This document shows positions 53,459-61,649 of a stretch of 64,000 nt of DNA, one piece after another. Each line of letters opens with the position of its first letter. The stretch's first letter is position 1. A program made the position numbers and the translations under genes. The notes beneath the pieces were generated by a model that was given only the letters and a program-made list of their open reading frames with translations, was not told the DNA's origin and made no database searches. Source of the DNA: Gemmatimonadota bacterium (GTDB taxonomy: Bacteria > Gemmatimonadota > Gemmatimonadetes > Palauibacterales > KS3-K002); assembly GCA_020344215.1 (NCBI GenBank), contig CP070815.1, forward strand, positions 3,321,296 through 3,385,295. The letters run 5' to 3'.

Positions 53459-54358
53459 TCAAGCCGCGGCGAAGCTGGCGAGCGCCGCCCCGCGCTCGCC
53501 CTCACGCAGCTCTTTCAGTGCCCGGTCGCGAAGCTGGCGCACCCGCTCTCGGGTAATGCCGAGCTTCTGACCGATCTCCTCCAGGGTGTGCTCGCGACCG
53601 TCGCCAAGGCCGTAGTAGAGCCTCAGGACCAGTGCATCGCGCTCGCGGAGCGTACTGAGCGCCTCGTCGATCTGCTCTTGGAGCAGTCGCTCCTCGACCT
53701 GCGTGACGGCCGTGGTGGCCTCCTCGGTGACGAAACGCTCGACCAGACTCGAGTCCTCGCTGTCGCCGATCGGCGCGTCGAGGCGGACCTCGCCGGCGTT
53801 CAGCGCCTCGAGCATCTCCACCGTAGCAGGGTTCATGCCAAGGTGCCGGGCGATCTCCTCGCTGGTCGGCTCACGGTCCAGGGTCACCTTAAGCGCCTGC
53901 CGCGCCTTGAGGATCTTGGACAGCTCCGCCGCACGATTGAGCGGCACGCGGACGGACCGCCCATGGTGGGCCAGCGCAGATAGGATGGCCTGGCGGATCC
54001 ACCAGACGGCGTAGCTGATGAACTTCACGCCTTGGTCCGGATCGAACTTGATGGCCGCCGTCACCAGCCCGAGGTTACCCTGCTGGATCAAGTCGCCGAG
54101 CGGCAGCCCACGCCCCTGGTACTTTTTCGCCACGGAGATCACGAAGCGCAGGTTGGCCTTGCAGAGGGCCTGGATCGCCCTGGTATCCCCCTTTTGGGCA
54201 CGCCGCGCCAGCCTGATCTCCTCCTCAGGGGTAATCAGCCCGTGCTGGCTAACGTCCTGGAGGTACTGATCCAGGGCAGAATCATCCCCCGCCACCCGGC
54301 TCTTGAGGGCCTGGCTGGCCAGACGCTTTGCCCTGGCAGACTCCCGTTCCATGATCAT
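53459..54358 (-). CDS. RNA polymerase sigma factor, sigma-70 family (RpoD-like, regions 1.2-4, no long region 1.1)
   Basis: LITPEEEIRLARRAQKGD (1.2/2.1), LRFVISVAKKY..RGLPLGDLIQQGNLGLVTAAIKFD, YAVWWIRQAI (2.4), region 4.2 TLEEIGQKLGITRERVRQL. Confidence 0.9.
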   Translation of the reverse strand: MIMERESARAKRLASQALKSRVAGDDSALDQYLQDVSQHGLITPEEEIRLARRAQKGDTRAIQALCKANLRFVISVAKKYQGRGLPLGDLIQQGNLGLVTAAIKFDPDQGVKFISYAVWWIRQAILSALAHHGRSVRVPLNRAAELSKILKARQALKVTLDREPTSEEIARHLGMNPATVEMLEALNAGEVRLDAPIGDSEDSSLVERFVTEEATTAVTQVEERLLQEQIDEALSTLRERDALVLRLYYGLGDGREHTLEEIGQKLGITRERVRQLRDRALKELREGERGAALASFAAA

Positions 54359-54554
54359 CGCTCTATGCTATACTCCGCTATGCTGCGGCCTCTGCCTTCA
54401 CTCAGGTCAAACTAAAGTCCCGGCTGGGAACGCCTGTTCCGCCGGGATCTCGCCTGCTGGGCGGGTTTCCGCCCGACTGCACCCGGGGTCCGGCAGATAA
54501 GACACCATAGGGACAAGAAAGTTTCACCGCGACCCGGGGGCTTGCCAACCGTTT

Positions 54555-54582
54555 AAGATATAGCTCGCCATGTCATTGTCAA
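54555..54582 (-). promoter_or_regulatory. Candidate promoter for the sigma-70 gene (TTGACA - 16 nt - TATCTT)
   Basis: On the minus strand: consensus -35 TTGACA (54582-54577), a 16-nt spacer, TATCTT (54560-55555 region, exact 54560-54555). This would give a ~190-nt leader. Speculative. Confidence 0.25.
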
Positions 54583-54643
54583 GCGTGGATTTCGGCGGTC
54601 AGCCGGACCGGACTGGCCGACTCTCTTAAACCTCACGCTGCAG

Positions 54644-55681
54644 TTAGTTCCAGCGGAAGATCTTAACGGCGGCGCCAAAGCTGGCGACCCCCCAGGCGGC
54701 GACCACCGCCAGGCGCGCCAGGTTAGCGCTGAGCGGGGCGCCGTCGATCATCACGGAGCGCAGTGCGTCGAGCAGCGGCGTCAGCGGCAGGGTCTGAATC
54801 AGGGGCTGCAGAGCGTCGGGGAATCTGGCGTAAGAGAAGAAGACGCCGGAAAAGATCCACATCGGGAGCATCACGAAGTTCATGATCCCGGACACGCCTT
54901 CGACTGTCTGGGCGCGGCTGGCGGTGAGTAGGCCCAATCCTGCGAAAGCGAGCGCGCCGACGACGGAGACGATCAGCAGGTCGAAGATCGAGCCATGAAC
55001 CCGAACGTCGAACACGACCCAGCCGAACCCGACCAGGGCCGCGACCTCGAGGATCATGAAGACGAAGCGGGAGAGCCCGTACGACAGCAGGTAGTGGCTC
55101 TTGCGCATCGGTGTGGCGAGCAGTCGCTTGAGCAGTCTCTTGCGGCGCGCCTGCACGATGTTGAAGCCGATTCCCCACATCCCGCTGCCCATCAGGTTGA
55201 GGCCGAGGAGCCCGGGGATGAGGAAGTCGATGTAGCGGGACCCCGGCTCGGTGAGATGTCGCTCGCTGACTACCCGCGGATCAGCGCGTCCGGCTGCCCG
55301 CTGCAGGGCGTCATCCACCACGCGCCGGGCGAGCTGCCCCTCGCTGCGGGTCGGATCGAAGACGTACGTGACCGAGTCGCCGGGGACCACGACGAGGGCG
55401 AGCTTGCCCGTGCGCAATTCGTCGGCTGCCTCCGCTGGCGTCATCGGGAACGCGCGCAGAGCGGGGAAGCTGTCGAGCCTGGCGGCAAGCGCGGCCGCGC
55501 CGGGCCCGTCCGCCACACCGATTCGTAGCGATTCGGCGGGCCGATTGCGGAAGGCTATGCCGAGACCTCCTGCCAGGAGGACCGGAAAGATGAAGACCCA
55601 GAAGATCGCCTCCGGCTCACGCAGGAACTCCACTACCCGGGCCCGGGTCAGCTCCCAGAGCGGGCTTGAGGACCTATTCAT
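54644..55681 (-). CDS. ABC-2 type transporter permease
   Basis: Six-TM ABC-2 architecture with a large first loop. 8-nt overlap with the upstream ATPase gene. Confidence 0.8.
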   Translation of the reverse strand: MNRSSSPLWELTRARVVEFLREPEAIFWVFIFPVLLAGGLGIAFRNRPAESLRIGVADGPGAAALAARLDSFPALRAFPMTPAEAADELRTGKLALVVVPGDSVTYVFDPTRSEGQLARRVVDDALQRAAGRADPRVVSERHLTEPGSRYIDFLIPGLLGLNLMGSGMWGIGFNIVQARRKRLLKRLLATPMRKSHYLLSYGLSRFVFMILEVAALVGFGWVVFDVRVHGSIFDLLIVSVVGALAFAGLGLLTASRAQTVEGVSGIMNFVMLPMWIFSGVFFSYARFPDALQPLIQTLPLTPLLDALRSVMIDGAPLSANLARLAVVAAWGVASFGAAVKIFRWN

Positions 55682-56612
55682 CTCTCAGGTGCCGCCCCGT
55701 CAGCGATACGAAGACGTCCTCGAGGGAGGCGTGGTGAGTGGTAAAGCTGGTGAGTTCGACGTCGTGTCGCCGCAGTGCGCTGAGCAGGGCGGGAACCGTA
55801 CGGTGCACCTCCCTGACGGTGAGGAAAATCCCCTCCCGCTCACGACGCACGTCCTGGACGCCTTCGACGTGGCGCAGCCAGTTGTCGACGGCCGGGTCGT
55901 CGTTCGCGAGGGCGAACTCGACGACGTGCTCGCCCCCCAGTCTTGAGATGAGTTCCCCGGGGGTTCCGAGGGCGATCACGCGGCCGCGATCCACGATGGC
56001 GACCCTGTCGCAGAGCCGCTCTGCCTCCTCCATGTAGTGGGTGGTCAGCAGGACGGTGCGGCCGGAGGCCTTGAAATCGAGGACCAGGTCCCAGAGCCCG
56101 CGCCGCGACTGGGGGTCGAGGCCGGTGGTGGGCTCGTCCAGGAAGAGGAGCTCGGGCTCGCTGACCAACGCACAGGCAACCGCCAGCCGCTGCTGCTGGC
56201 CGCCGGAGAGGCGCGAGACCCAAGCGGCCCGCTTCTCTTCCAGCTCGACGATCCGAAGGACCTCGTCGATGCTCCGGCCGCGGTCGAAGAAGCTGCGGAA
56301 CAGCCGCAGCGTCTCCTCGACCGTCAGCTTCTCGGCCAGCTGGGTCTCCTGAAGCTGAACGCCGAGACGCTGCCGGAGCGCACGGTCGTCCGTCCCCCAG
56401 TGCGTGCCCAGGATCTCCAGCTCGCCGGCATCCGGCTGGAGGAGGCCCTCGAGTATCTCGACCGTGGTCGTCTTGCCGGCGCCATTCGGGCCGAGCAGGC
56501 CGAAGCACTCGCCGGCGTACACCTCGAGGTCGAGCCCGTCGACGGCCACGACATCTCCGTAGCGCTTCTCGAGACCCTGGCAACGGACGGCGACCTCGAC
56601 GATGCCGTTCAC
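55674..56612 (-). CDS. ABC transporter ATP-binding protein (DrrA/ABC-2 subfamily)
   Basis: Walker A GPNGAGKTT, signature LSGGQQQRL, Walker B LLFLDEPTTGLD, H-loop TTHYM. Confidence 0.9.
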   Translation of the reverse strand: MNGIVEVAVRCQGLEKRYGDVVAVDGLDLEVYAGECFGLLGPNGAGKTTTVEILEGLLQPDAGELEILGTHWGTDDRALRQRLGVQLQETQLAEKLTVEETLRLFRSFFDRGRSIDEVLRIVELEEKRAAWVSRLSGGQQQRLAVACALVSEPELLFLDEPTTGLDPQSRRGLWDLVLDFKASGRTVLLTTHYMEEAERLCDRVAIVDRGRVIALGTPGELISRLGGEHVVEFALANDDPAVDNWLRHVEGVQDVRREREGIFLTVREVHRTVPALLSALRRHDVELTSFTTHHASLEDVFVSLTGRHLRDE

Positions 56613-56639
56613 CTACTGCTCGTCCTGCTCGTTTCCCGA

Positions 56640-57134
56640 CTACTCGACTCCGAGCAGCTCCACGTCGAAGATCAAAGTAGCGTTGGGCGGGATCGCGCCC
56701 GGAAAGCCGCGTTCGCCATAAGCCAGCTCGGGCGGGATGATGAAGCGCCGCTGGTCGCCGACCTGCATCAGCGCTACTCCTTCGTCCCAGCCGCGGATGA
56801 CGCGGCCCGCTCCGAGGGGGAAGGCGAACGGGCGGCCCCGGTCCACCGAACTGTCGAATTTCGTGCCGTCCTCCAGCCAGCCGGTGTAGTGCACTTGTAC
56901 AGTCTGGCCTGGCTGTGCGGCCACGCCTGTGCCGCTGCCGATCACGACGTACTTGAGGCCGCTCTCCGTAGTCACCGTGTCACCCGCCACCGGTGGCGGC
57001 CCGCTGGTCTCGCTCATCTCACTTGTCTCCAATTCACCCACCGCTTCGCCAGCTGCCCGGTCCCCATCGGAACCGCTATTGCAGGCCAGAGCTAGCATCA
57101 CAACGGGGATGACGATAGTAAGCCTCCCGATCAT
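56640..57134 (-). CDS. FKBP-type peptidyl-prolyl cis-trans isomerase (lipoprotein)
   Basis: Signal with [45 protein letters not shown]...IPPELAYG...[14 protein letters not shown]. Confidence 0.9.
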   Translation of the reverse strand: MIGRLTIVIPVVMLALACNSGSDGDRAAGEAVGELETSEMSETSGPPPVAGDTVTTESGLKYVVIGSGTGVAAQPGQTVQVHYTGWLEDGTKFDSSVDRGRPFAFPLGAGRVIRGWDEGVALMQVGDQRRFIIPPELAYGERGFPGAIPPNATLIFDVELLGVE

Positions 57135-57155
57135 CAGTACCCCCTGTTTCCGTCG

Positions 57156-57653
57156 CTACCTGACTCCTAGAAGCGCCACGTCGAAAACCAGCGTGGCACT
57201 GGGCGGGATGACATCCGGGTAACCCCGCTCGCCGTACGCCAGCTCGGGCGGGATGATGAAGCGCCATTTGCCACCGACCTGCATCATCCCGATACCCTCG
57301 TCCCAACCGCGGATCACCTGGCCGGCCCCGAGACGGAACTCGAACGCCTCGCCGCGCAGCACGGAGCTGTCGAACAGGGAGCCGTCCTCAAGCCAGCCGC
57401 TGTAGTGCACCCGAACCTGCTGGCCCCGTTCCGCCTGCGGGCCGGTGCCGTTCAGGATGACGATGTACTTGAGGCCGCTGGCCGTCGTGATGGTGTCACC
57501 TTCCACCGGCGGTGGGCCGAGGCCTTGGCTTAGACGGGCGGAGTCGGTGTCGGGCACCGAGCTCGTCTCCGCGGGTGGGTCGACAAGTGAAGCGGCGGTG
57601 AAGATCAGGGTGAAGATCACGGCCGGGCCTATGTATCTGAGCTTGTTGGTCAC
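57156..57653 (-). CDS. FKBP-type peptidyl-prolyl cis-trans isomerase (tandem paralogue)
   Basis: [39 protein letters not shown]...[29 protein letters not shown]. Same architecture as the adjacent gene. Confidence 0.9.
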   Translation of the reverse strand: MTNKLRYIGPAVIFTLIFTAASLVDPPAETSSVPDTDSARLSQGLGPPPVEGDTITTASGLKYIVILNGTGPQAERGQQVRVHYSGWLEDGSLFDSSVLRGEAFEFRLGAGQVIRGWDEGIGMMQVGGKWRFIIPPELAYGERGYPDVIPPSATLVFDVALLGVR

Positions 57654-57957
57654 GTGCCCTCCTGGATCCTGGCCCGCTGCCCCCTCGACGCAAAGCTGCT
57701 CGCCGTCCGGGAGTCGAGGCGGACCGTGCGAGCGTTCCGGGACGTCCTCGCACGCAGGCGAAGCCGCTCGTTACGGTGCGGAGAGTACTGTTGATGGGGA
57801 GGGCCCGCAACCGGCCCGAGCTTGACAAGGGTGTGCCGGTCGGCGTCGATTGCGGTCGTTTGGGTGCAGACTACTCGATCAACGGCTCCCGCTTACGGGC
57901 CGGCAAGGGCAGCCTGGCGTCAAGGTCCTGCCGCTGGCGGTTCGGCGGTGTGGGTGG

Positions 57958-57998
57958 CAGAGAAGAAGAAGAAGAAGATGATGATGATGACGATGACT
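57958..57998. repeat. Compound trinucleotide microsatellite GAG(AAG)5(ATG)4 ACG ATG AC
   Basis: Read directly: cagAGAAGAAGAAGAAGAAGATGATGATGATGACGATGAC. Highly atypical composition for this genome. Confidence 0.9.
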
Positions 57999-58481
57999 GT
58001 TGCATCACAGATCGCGATGATCCTCTGGGCGGCGACGGCGGCGTCGAGTGGCCCGGTCCAAGACGACGGTGATGTTGGTTGGCCACGCGAGTTCATGCAT
58101 GCCGGCCACCTGATCGTCGTGTACCAGCCCCAACTGGAGAGTTTCGAAGGGGACCACCTTACAAGCCGAGCGGCGGTGTCGGTGACGCCGGAAGGTAGGT
58201 ACGAGACGATCTTCGGGGCCGTCTGGTTCGACGCCTTCGTGGAGACCGATCGTGACAACAGAGTGGTGACGATCGTCAGCGTAGCGGTCCCGAGAGTGCG
58301 ATTCCAGAACGCGACCGAGGAACAGGCGCGGCAGTTCGCCGAGGTCCTGGAATTCGAGATCTCGGCTTGGGACATCGTCGTTTCCCTGGATCGCGTATTG
58401 ACCGGCTTGGAGCTTGCCGAGAGAGAGCGGGTAACCATGGAGAGCCTCTCGGTCGCAAGGGACGGCGCGGGTCCGGCTTGA
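57978..58481 (+). CDS. Hypothetical secreted protein starting inside the trinucleotide repeat
   Basis: MMMMTMTVASQIAMILWAATAASSG is a signal-like N-terminus. The body (GWPREFMHAGHLIVVYQPQLESFEGDHLTSRAAVSV...) is not assigned to any family. The exact start among five in-frame ATGs is unknown. Confidence 0.5.
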   Translation: MMMMTMTVASQIAMILWAATAASSGPVQDDGDVGWPREFMHAGHLIVVYQPQLESFEGDHLTSRAAVSVTPEGRYETIFGAVWFDAFVETDRDNRVVTIVSVAVPRVRFQNATEEQARQFAEVLEFEISAWDIVVSLDRVLTGLELAERERVTMESLSVARDGAGPA

Positions 58482-58919
58482 CGCACCCTACCACGCCGGC
58501 GCCCGGCCTGGCCGATCGGCCGGTAGAGAAGGATCTTGATCGGCGGCCGGGTGTAACCAACCTTACGTAGGGTGTCGGCGTACCGTCGACAGGCCCGACC
58601 GTCCTCGCGCGCGGCTCCACACCTGGGCGGCCGCTATACAGGGCAGCTAGCCGTGCTGGACCGGGCGGCCCGCGCCCTCCACGGCCCGCGCGAGCGTCCC
58701 TCCCCCCGAATTGGGTCGCAAGTCTCGGGAGACGGGTGCTCCAAACCGGCCCGAAGCTCCAGCGAGACGGGAGCAGTGCCGCTTGTCTTGGTCAAGCGGC
58801 GCATGGTCACCTCTGACGGCAGGTGCGCATCGGTGAATAGGCAGCGTGGTGCCATGGACAAGGCGGCGCCTGTATGGCTAGTTTGTCAGCCCCCGGAGGA
58901 TTCACCGGGTGGAGGTCCA

Positions 58920-59660
58920 ATGCGTTGGGATTACGCGGGTAAAAGCGACGTCGGCAGGGTCCGGCAGGGCAACGAGGACGCGCTCTTCGCGAGCGGGGAG
59001 CGGGGCGTGTTCATCGTGGCCGACGGTATGGGCGGCCACGTCGCCGGCGAGGTCGCCAGCCAGATCGTGACCGAGACGGTCGGCCCGGGTGTTAGCCAAG
59101 CCATCGAGGAAGGACTGGACGGCGCCGAGCTGGAGAACCGCGTGCTCGAGCTCATCGAGGAGGCCAACCGGGCGATCCTGGAGCGCGCCGACAACGAGCC
59201 CGAGAAGCGGGGCATGGGGACGACGCTGACGCTGCTCGCTCTGATACCCGGCACGGGGTATCTCGTTGACCAGGTGGGCGATAGCCGCGGCTATCTGCTG
59301 CGGGACGGGACCTTAAGCCAGATCACCCGCGACCATACCGTCGTCCAGCAGCAGGTGGACCGGGGCGCATTGACGCCCGAGCAAGCCCGTGATCACCCTC
59401 TGTCCCACATACTGACCCGGGCTCTGGGCACCGAGTTGAGTGTGGAGGTCGACACCTACGGCGACTCGGTACAGCCGGGTGACCTGTTCTTGCTCTGCTC
59501 CGACGGGCTGAGCGGGATGCTCCCCGACGAAGAGATTCAGGAGATTCTCTCCCGGGCTGCTGAGGACCTAGAGGAAGTCGCCGACGAGCTGATCGATGCG
59601 GCCAACGACGCCGGTGGCATGGACAACATCACGGCCGTTCTCGTCAGAATAAGCGAGTAG
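58920..59660 (+). CDS. PP2C-family Ser/Thr protein phosphatase (Stp1/PrpC-like)
   Basis: GKSDVGRVRQGNEDA...FIVADGMGGHVAGEVAS...GMGTTLT...VGDSRGYL...LCSDGLS...GGMDNITAVLV. GGAGG upstream of ATG 58920. The track ORF from 58572 is an N-terminal over-extension. Confidence 0.85.
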   Translation: MRWDYAGKSDVGRVRQGNEDALFASGERGVFIVADGMGGHVAGEVASQIVTETVGPGVSQAIEEGLDGAELENRVLELIEEANRAILERADNEPEKRGMGTTLTLLALIPGTGYLVDQVGDSRGYLLRDGTLSQITRDHTVVQQQVDRGALTPEQARDHPLSHILTRALGTELSVEVDTYGDSVQPGDLFLLCSDGLSGMLPDEEIQEILSRAAEDLEEVADELIDAANDAGGMDNITAVLVRISE

Positions 59661-59722
59661 GCCAGCGTCGCGTCGTAACGGGCGGCGAGGGCCCGGGCCA
59701 ATCGGCACGCCAATTCCCCAGT

Positions 59723-61051
59723 TCAAGTACTCTCCAACCCCACCAGCGAGAGGATCCTCTCTTCGGGCGCCGTTACGAGCTCGAGAACACGCTCCGCTTC
59801 CGCCAGCTCGATCCGCGGCCAGGTGAACACACGCATCACGCGCGCTGTGTGATAGAGGTCACGGCCCAGGCGTGGCAGGTCGATGAGCCCTGCGCGGCCG
59901 GCGGACGTGAGGCGCTCGACACACCCGTCACGCCCCAACATCAGGATATCCAGCTCCAGCAGGCGCGACTTGGCTGGGTAGTCGATGAAAAGGGTGCCGG
60001 GCTCGAGCCCCAGCTCCGCCGCCAGGTGGTCCTCGAGCTCCGCCCTGAGATCGGGTCGCTCGTGGAACCAGGGGGCGACCTCGCGCTTCAGCCGGGAGAG
60101 GGCGTCGGTGAGCGCATCTCCCCACCACTCGGCGGCGCGCTTCGGCAGGCGGCGGTGTCGGAGTGCCGGGATCAACCGCTCCCGGGCGCGCCGAGCGCTC
60201 GCGCTGTCGCTCTCGACCGCCTGGGCCTCGAGAACGCTGAGAAGCTCCTCGTCGCCGGTCCCCACGATGTGGTCGCGCGTCGCCCAGCCGCCGGTCAGCG
60301 CCTCGCGGATAAGCCTCTGGAAGACCACTGAGGCCGCCCGCACCGCGTGGTGCCAGTATACGTTCCGGAACATCTGGTACTTCGCGAAGAGCAGCGACTC
60401 GAGCGCCGAGACGCCCTGGGCGGCGACGCCGACCTCCAGACGCCCGGTCTCCGGGTCGCGCAACAGGCGCAGCGAGTCGAGGAGCCGGTCGACGTCGATC
60501 GCGCCGTAGGGGACACCGCAGAAGAGGGCGTCGCGCGTGAGATATTCGATCTTGTCCAGGTCCAGCGAGCCGGAGACGAGCCCCTGTAGCGGGCTGTCCG
60601 AGCGGCCGAGGATCAAGGCGTGAATGGCCTCGGCGGCCCCGGACCCCAGCGGACCCAGCGCGGCGGCAACGTCTGGATCTGCCAGGAACCCCCCGGCTAG
60701 ATGCTCGTGGTCCTCGGGCACCAAACCGGTCTCCAGCTCCTCCAGCGTGTGGCTGAATGGGTAGTGACCGATGTCGTGGAGCAGCCCGGCCAGGCGGAAG
60801 ATCGACTGCTCACCGTCGGAGACCTCCCCCAACTGACCGGACACCTCCAAGCGTCGCAAGGCGCGGCCCGTCAGGTGGTAGACACCCAAGGCATGATCGA
60901 AGCGCGTGTGGATCGCGCCGGGGTAAACGAGATAGGCCAGCCCCAGCTGCTTTACGCGACGCAGCCGCTGGAATGCCGCCGTGTCGATGAGTCGAAGCGC
61001 TGGTGGCTCGATCCAGATGTTCTGCCAGATCGGGTCGCGGATGACGGTCAT
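59723..61051 (-). CDS. HD-domain phosphohydrolase (dNTP triphosphohydrolase/SAMHD1-like family)
   Basis: TRFDHALGVYHLT...LAGLLHDIGHYPFSH...LDLDKIEYLTRD. Confidence 0.8.
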   Translation of the reverse strand: MTVIRDPIWQNIWIEPPALRLIDTAAFQRLRRVKQLGLAYLVYPGAIHTRFDHALGVYHLTGRALRRLEVSGQLGEVSDGEQSIFRLAGLLHDIGHYPFSHTLEELETGLVPEDHEHLAGGFLADPDVAAALGPLGSGAAEAIHALILGRSDSPLQGLVSGSLDLDKIEYLTRDALFCGVPYGAIDVDRLLDSLRLLRDPETGRLEVGVAAQGVSALESLLFAKYQMFRNVYWHHAVRAASVVFQRLIREALTGGWATRDHIVGTGDEELLSVLEAQAVESDSASARRARERLIPALRHRRLPKRAAEWWGDALTDALSRLKREVAPWFHERPDLRAELEDHLAAELGLEPGTLFIDYPAKSRLLELDILMLGRDGCVERLTSAGRAGLIDLPRLGRDLYHTARVMRVFTWPRIELAEAERVLELVTAPEERILSLVGLEST

Positions 61052-61138
61052 GCGTGGGAATTATCGAACATCGGCCCGGTGAGCAACACGCCATGCAGGG
61101 AGGCCGCTGTCCCCTGGCCTGCTAGCCCGCCCGGAGGC

Positions 61139-61393
61139 TCAGTGCAGCTTCTCGTACTTCTCCAGAAGCTCCGCTTGCGTCTCCTGGTAATCGGGGTTCG
61201 GGACAATGCAATCCACAGGGCACACCTCCAGGCACTGTGGCTCGTCGTGCGCCCCAACGCACTCGGTGCACCGCTCCACCTCGATCCAGTATACAGGGAT
61301 GTCGGTGGCCAGGCCTTCGTTCACCGCGTCGTTCGGGCAAACGGGCAGGCAGGCCCCGCAGTCGATGCATTCATCGGTGATCATCATCGCCAT
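61139..61393 (-). CDS. YfhL-type 4Fe-4S dicluster ferredoxin
   Basis: MAMMITDECIDCGACLPVCPNDA...CTECVGAHDEPQCLEVCPVDCI gives two Cys clusters. Start set at 61393. Confidence 0.85.
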   Translation of the reverse strand: MAMMITDECIDCGACLPVCPNDAVNEGLATDIPVYWIEVERCTECVGAHDEPQCLEVCPVDCIVPNPDYQETQAELLEKYEKLH

Positions 61394-61424
61394 GGCGCTA
61401 CCCCCCGGTTCCATAGGAGAGGTG

Positions 61425-61649
61425 TGCAATCCGCTCGGGACGATTTCGGCGAATCGGGAACAGTGAAGTCGGAATCGCCAAGTTCCTCGGGAATTCTCTG
61501 GTCTTCATTCGTGGATTCGGGGAGCTGGGGAGGTATAGAGCGTTCTTTACTTCCCGACCTCCCCTGATCCCCGACTCCGCGAATCGTCATTCGAGGGTTC
61601 CCGGACAAGCTCCCCCGTTCCGCATTCGCAGTTCGAAACCCCGAATTCC
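61425..61649. repeat. GGGGAWTC-rich inverted-repeat intergenic element, copy C
   Basis: GGGAATTCTC (61489-61498), GGATTCGGGGAG (61513-61524, identical to copy A), TCCCCGACTCC (61568-61578, identical to copy B), CCCCGAATTCCC at 61638-61649 abutting the maeB stop codon. Confidence 0.6.

Noticed and set aside
56037-57095. 352-aa plus-strand ORF
   Set aside because: It spans the antisense of both the ABC ATPase and an FKBP gene, crossing their intergenic gap, so it cannot be a real gene.
57776-58086. ORFs encoding poly-Ser (minus strand) or an EEEEDDDDDD run (plus strand, other frame) across the microsatellite
   Set aside because: These are by-products of translating the AAG/ATG trinucleotide repeat in alternative frames and strands. 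Only the frame giving MMMM plus a signal peptide continues into a protein-like sequence.
61625-61645. tRNA T-loop-like GTTCGAAAC
   Set aside because: The flanking bases (CGCAG / CCCCG) cannot form the 5-bp T-stem, and no acceptor or anticodon arms can be drawn. It is part of repeat copy C.
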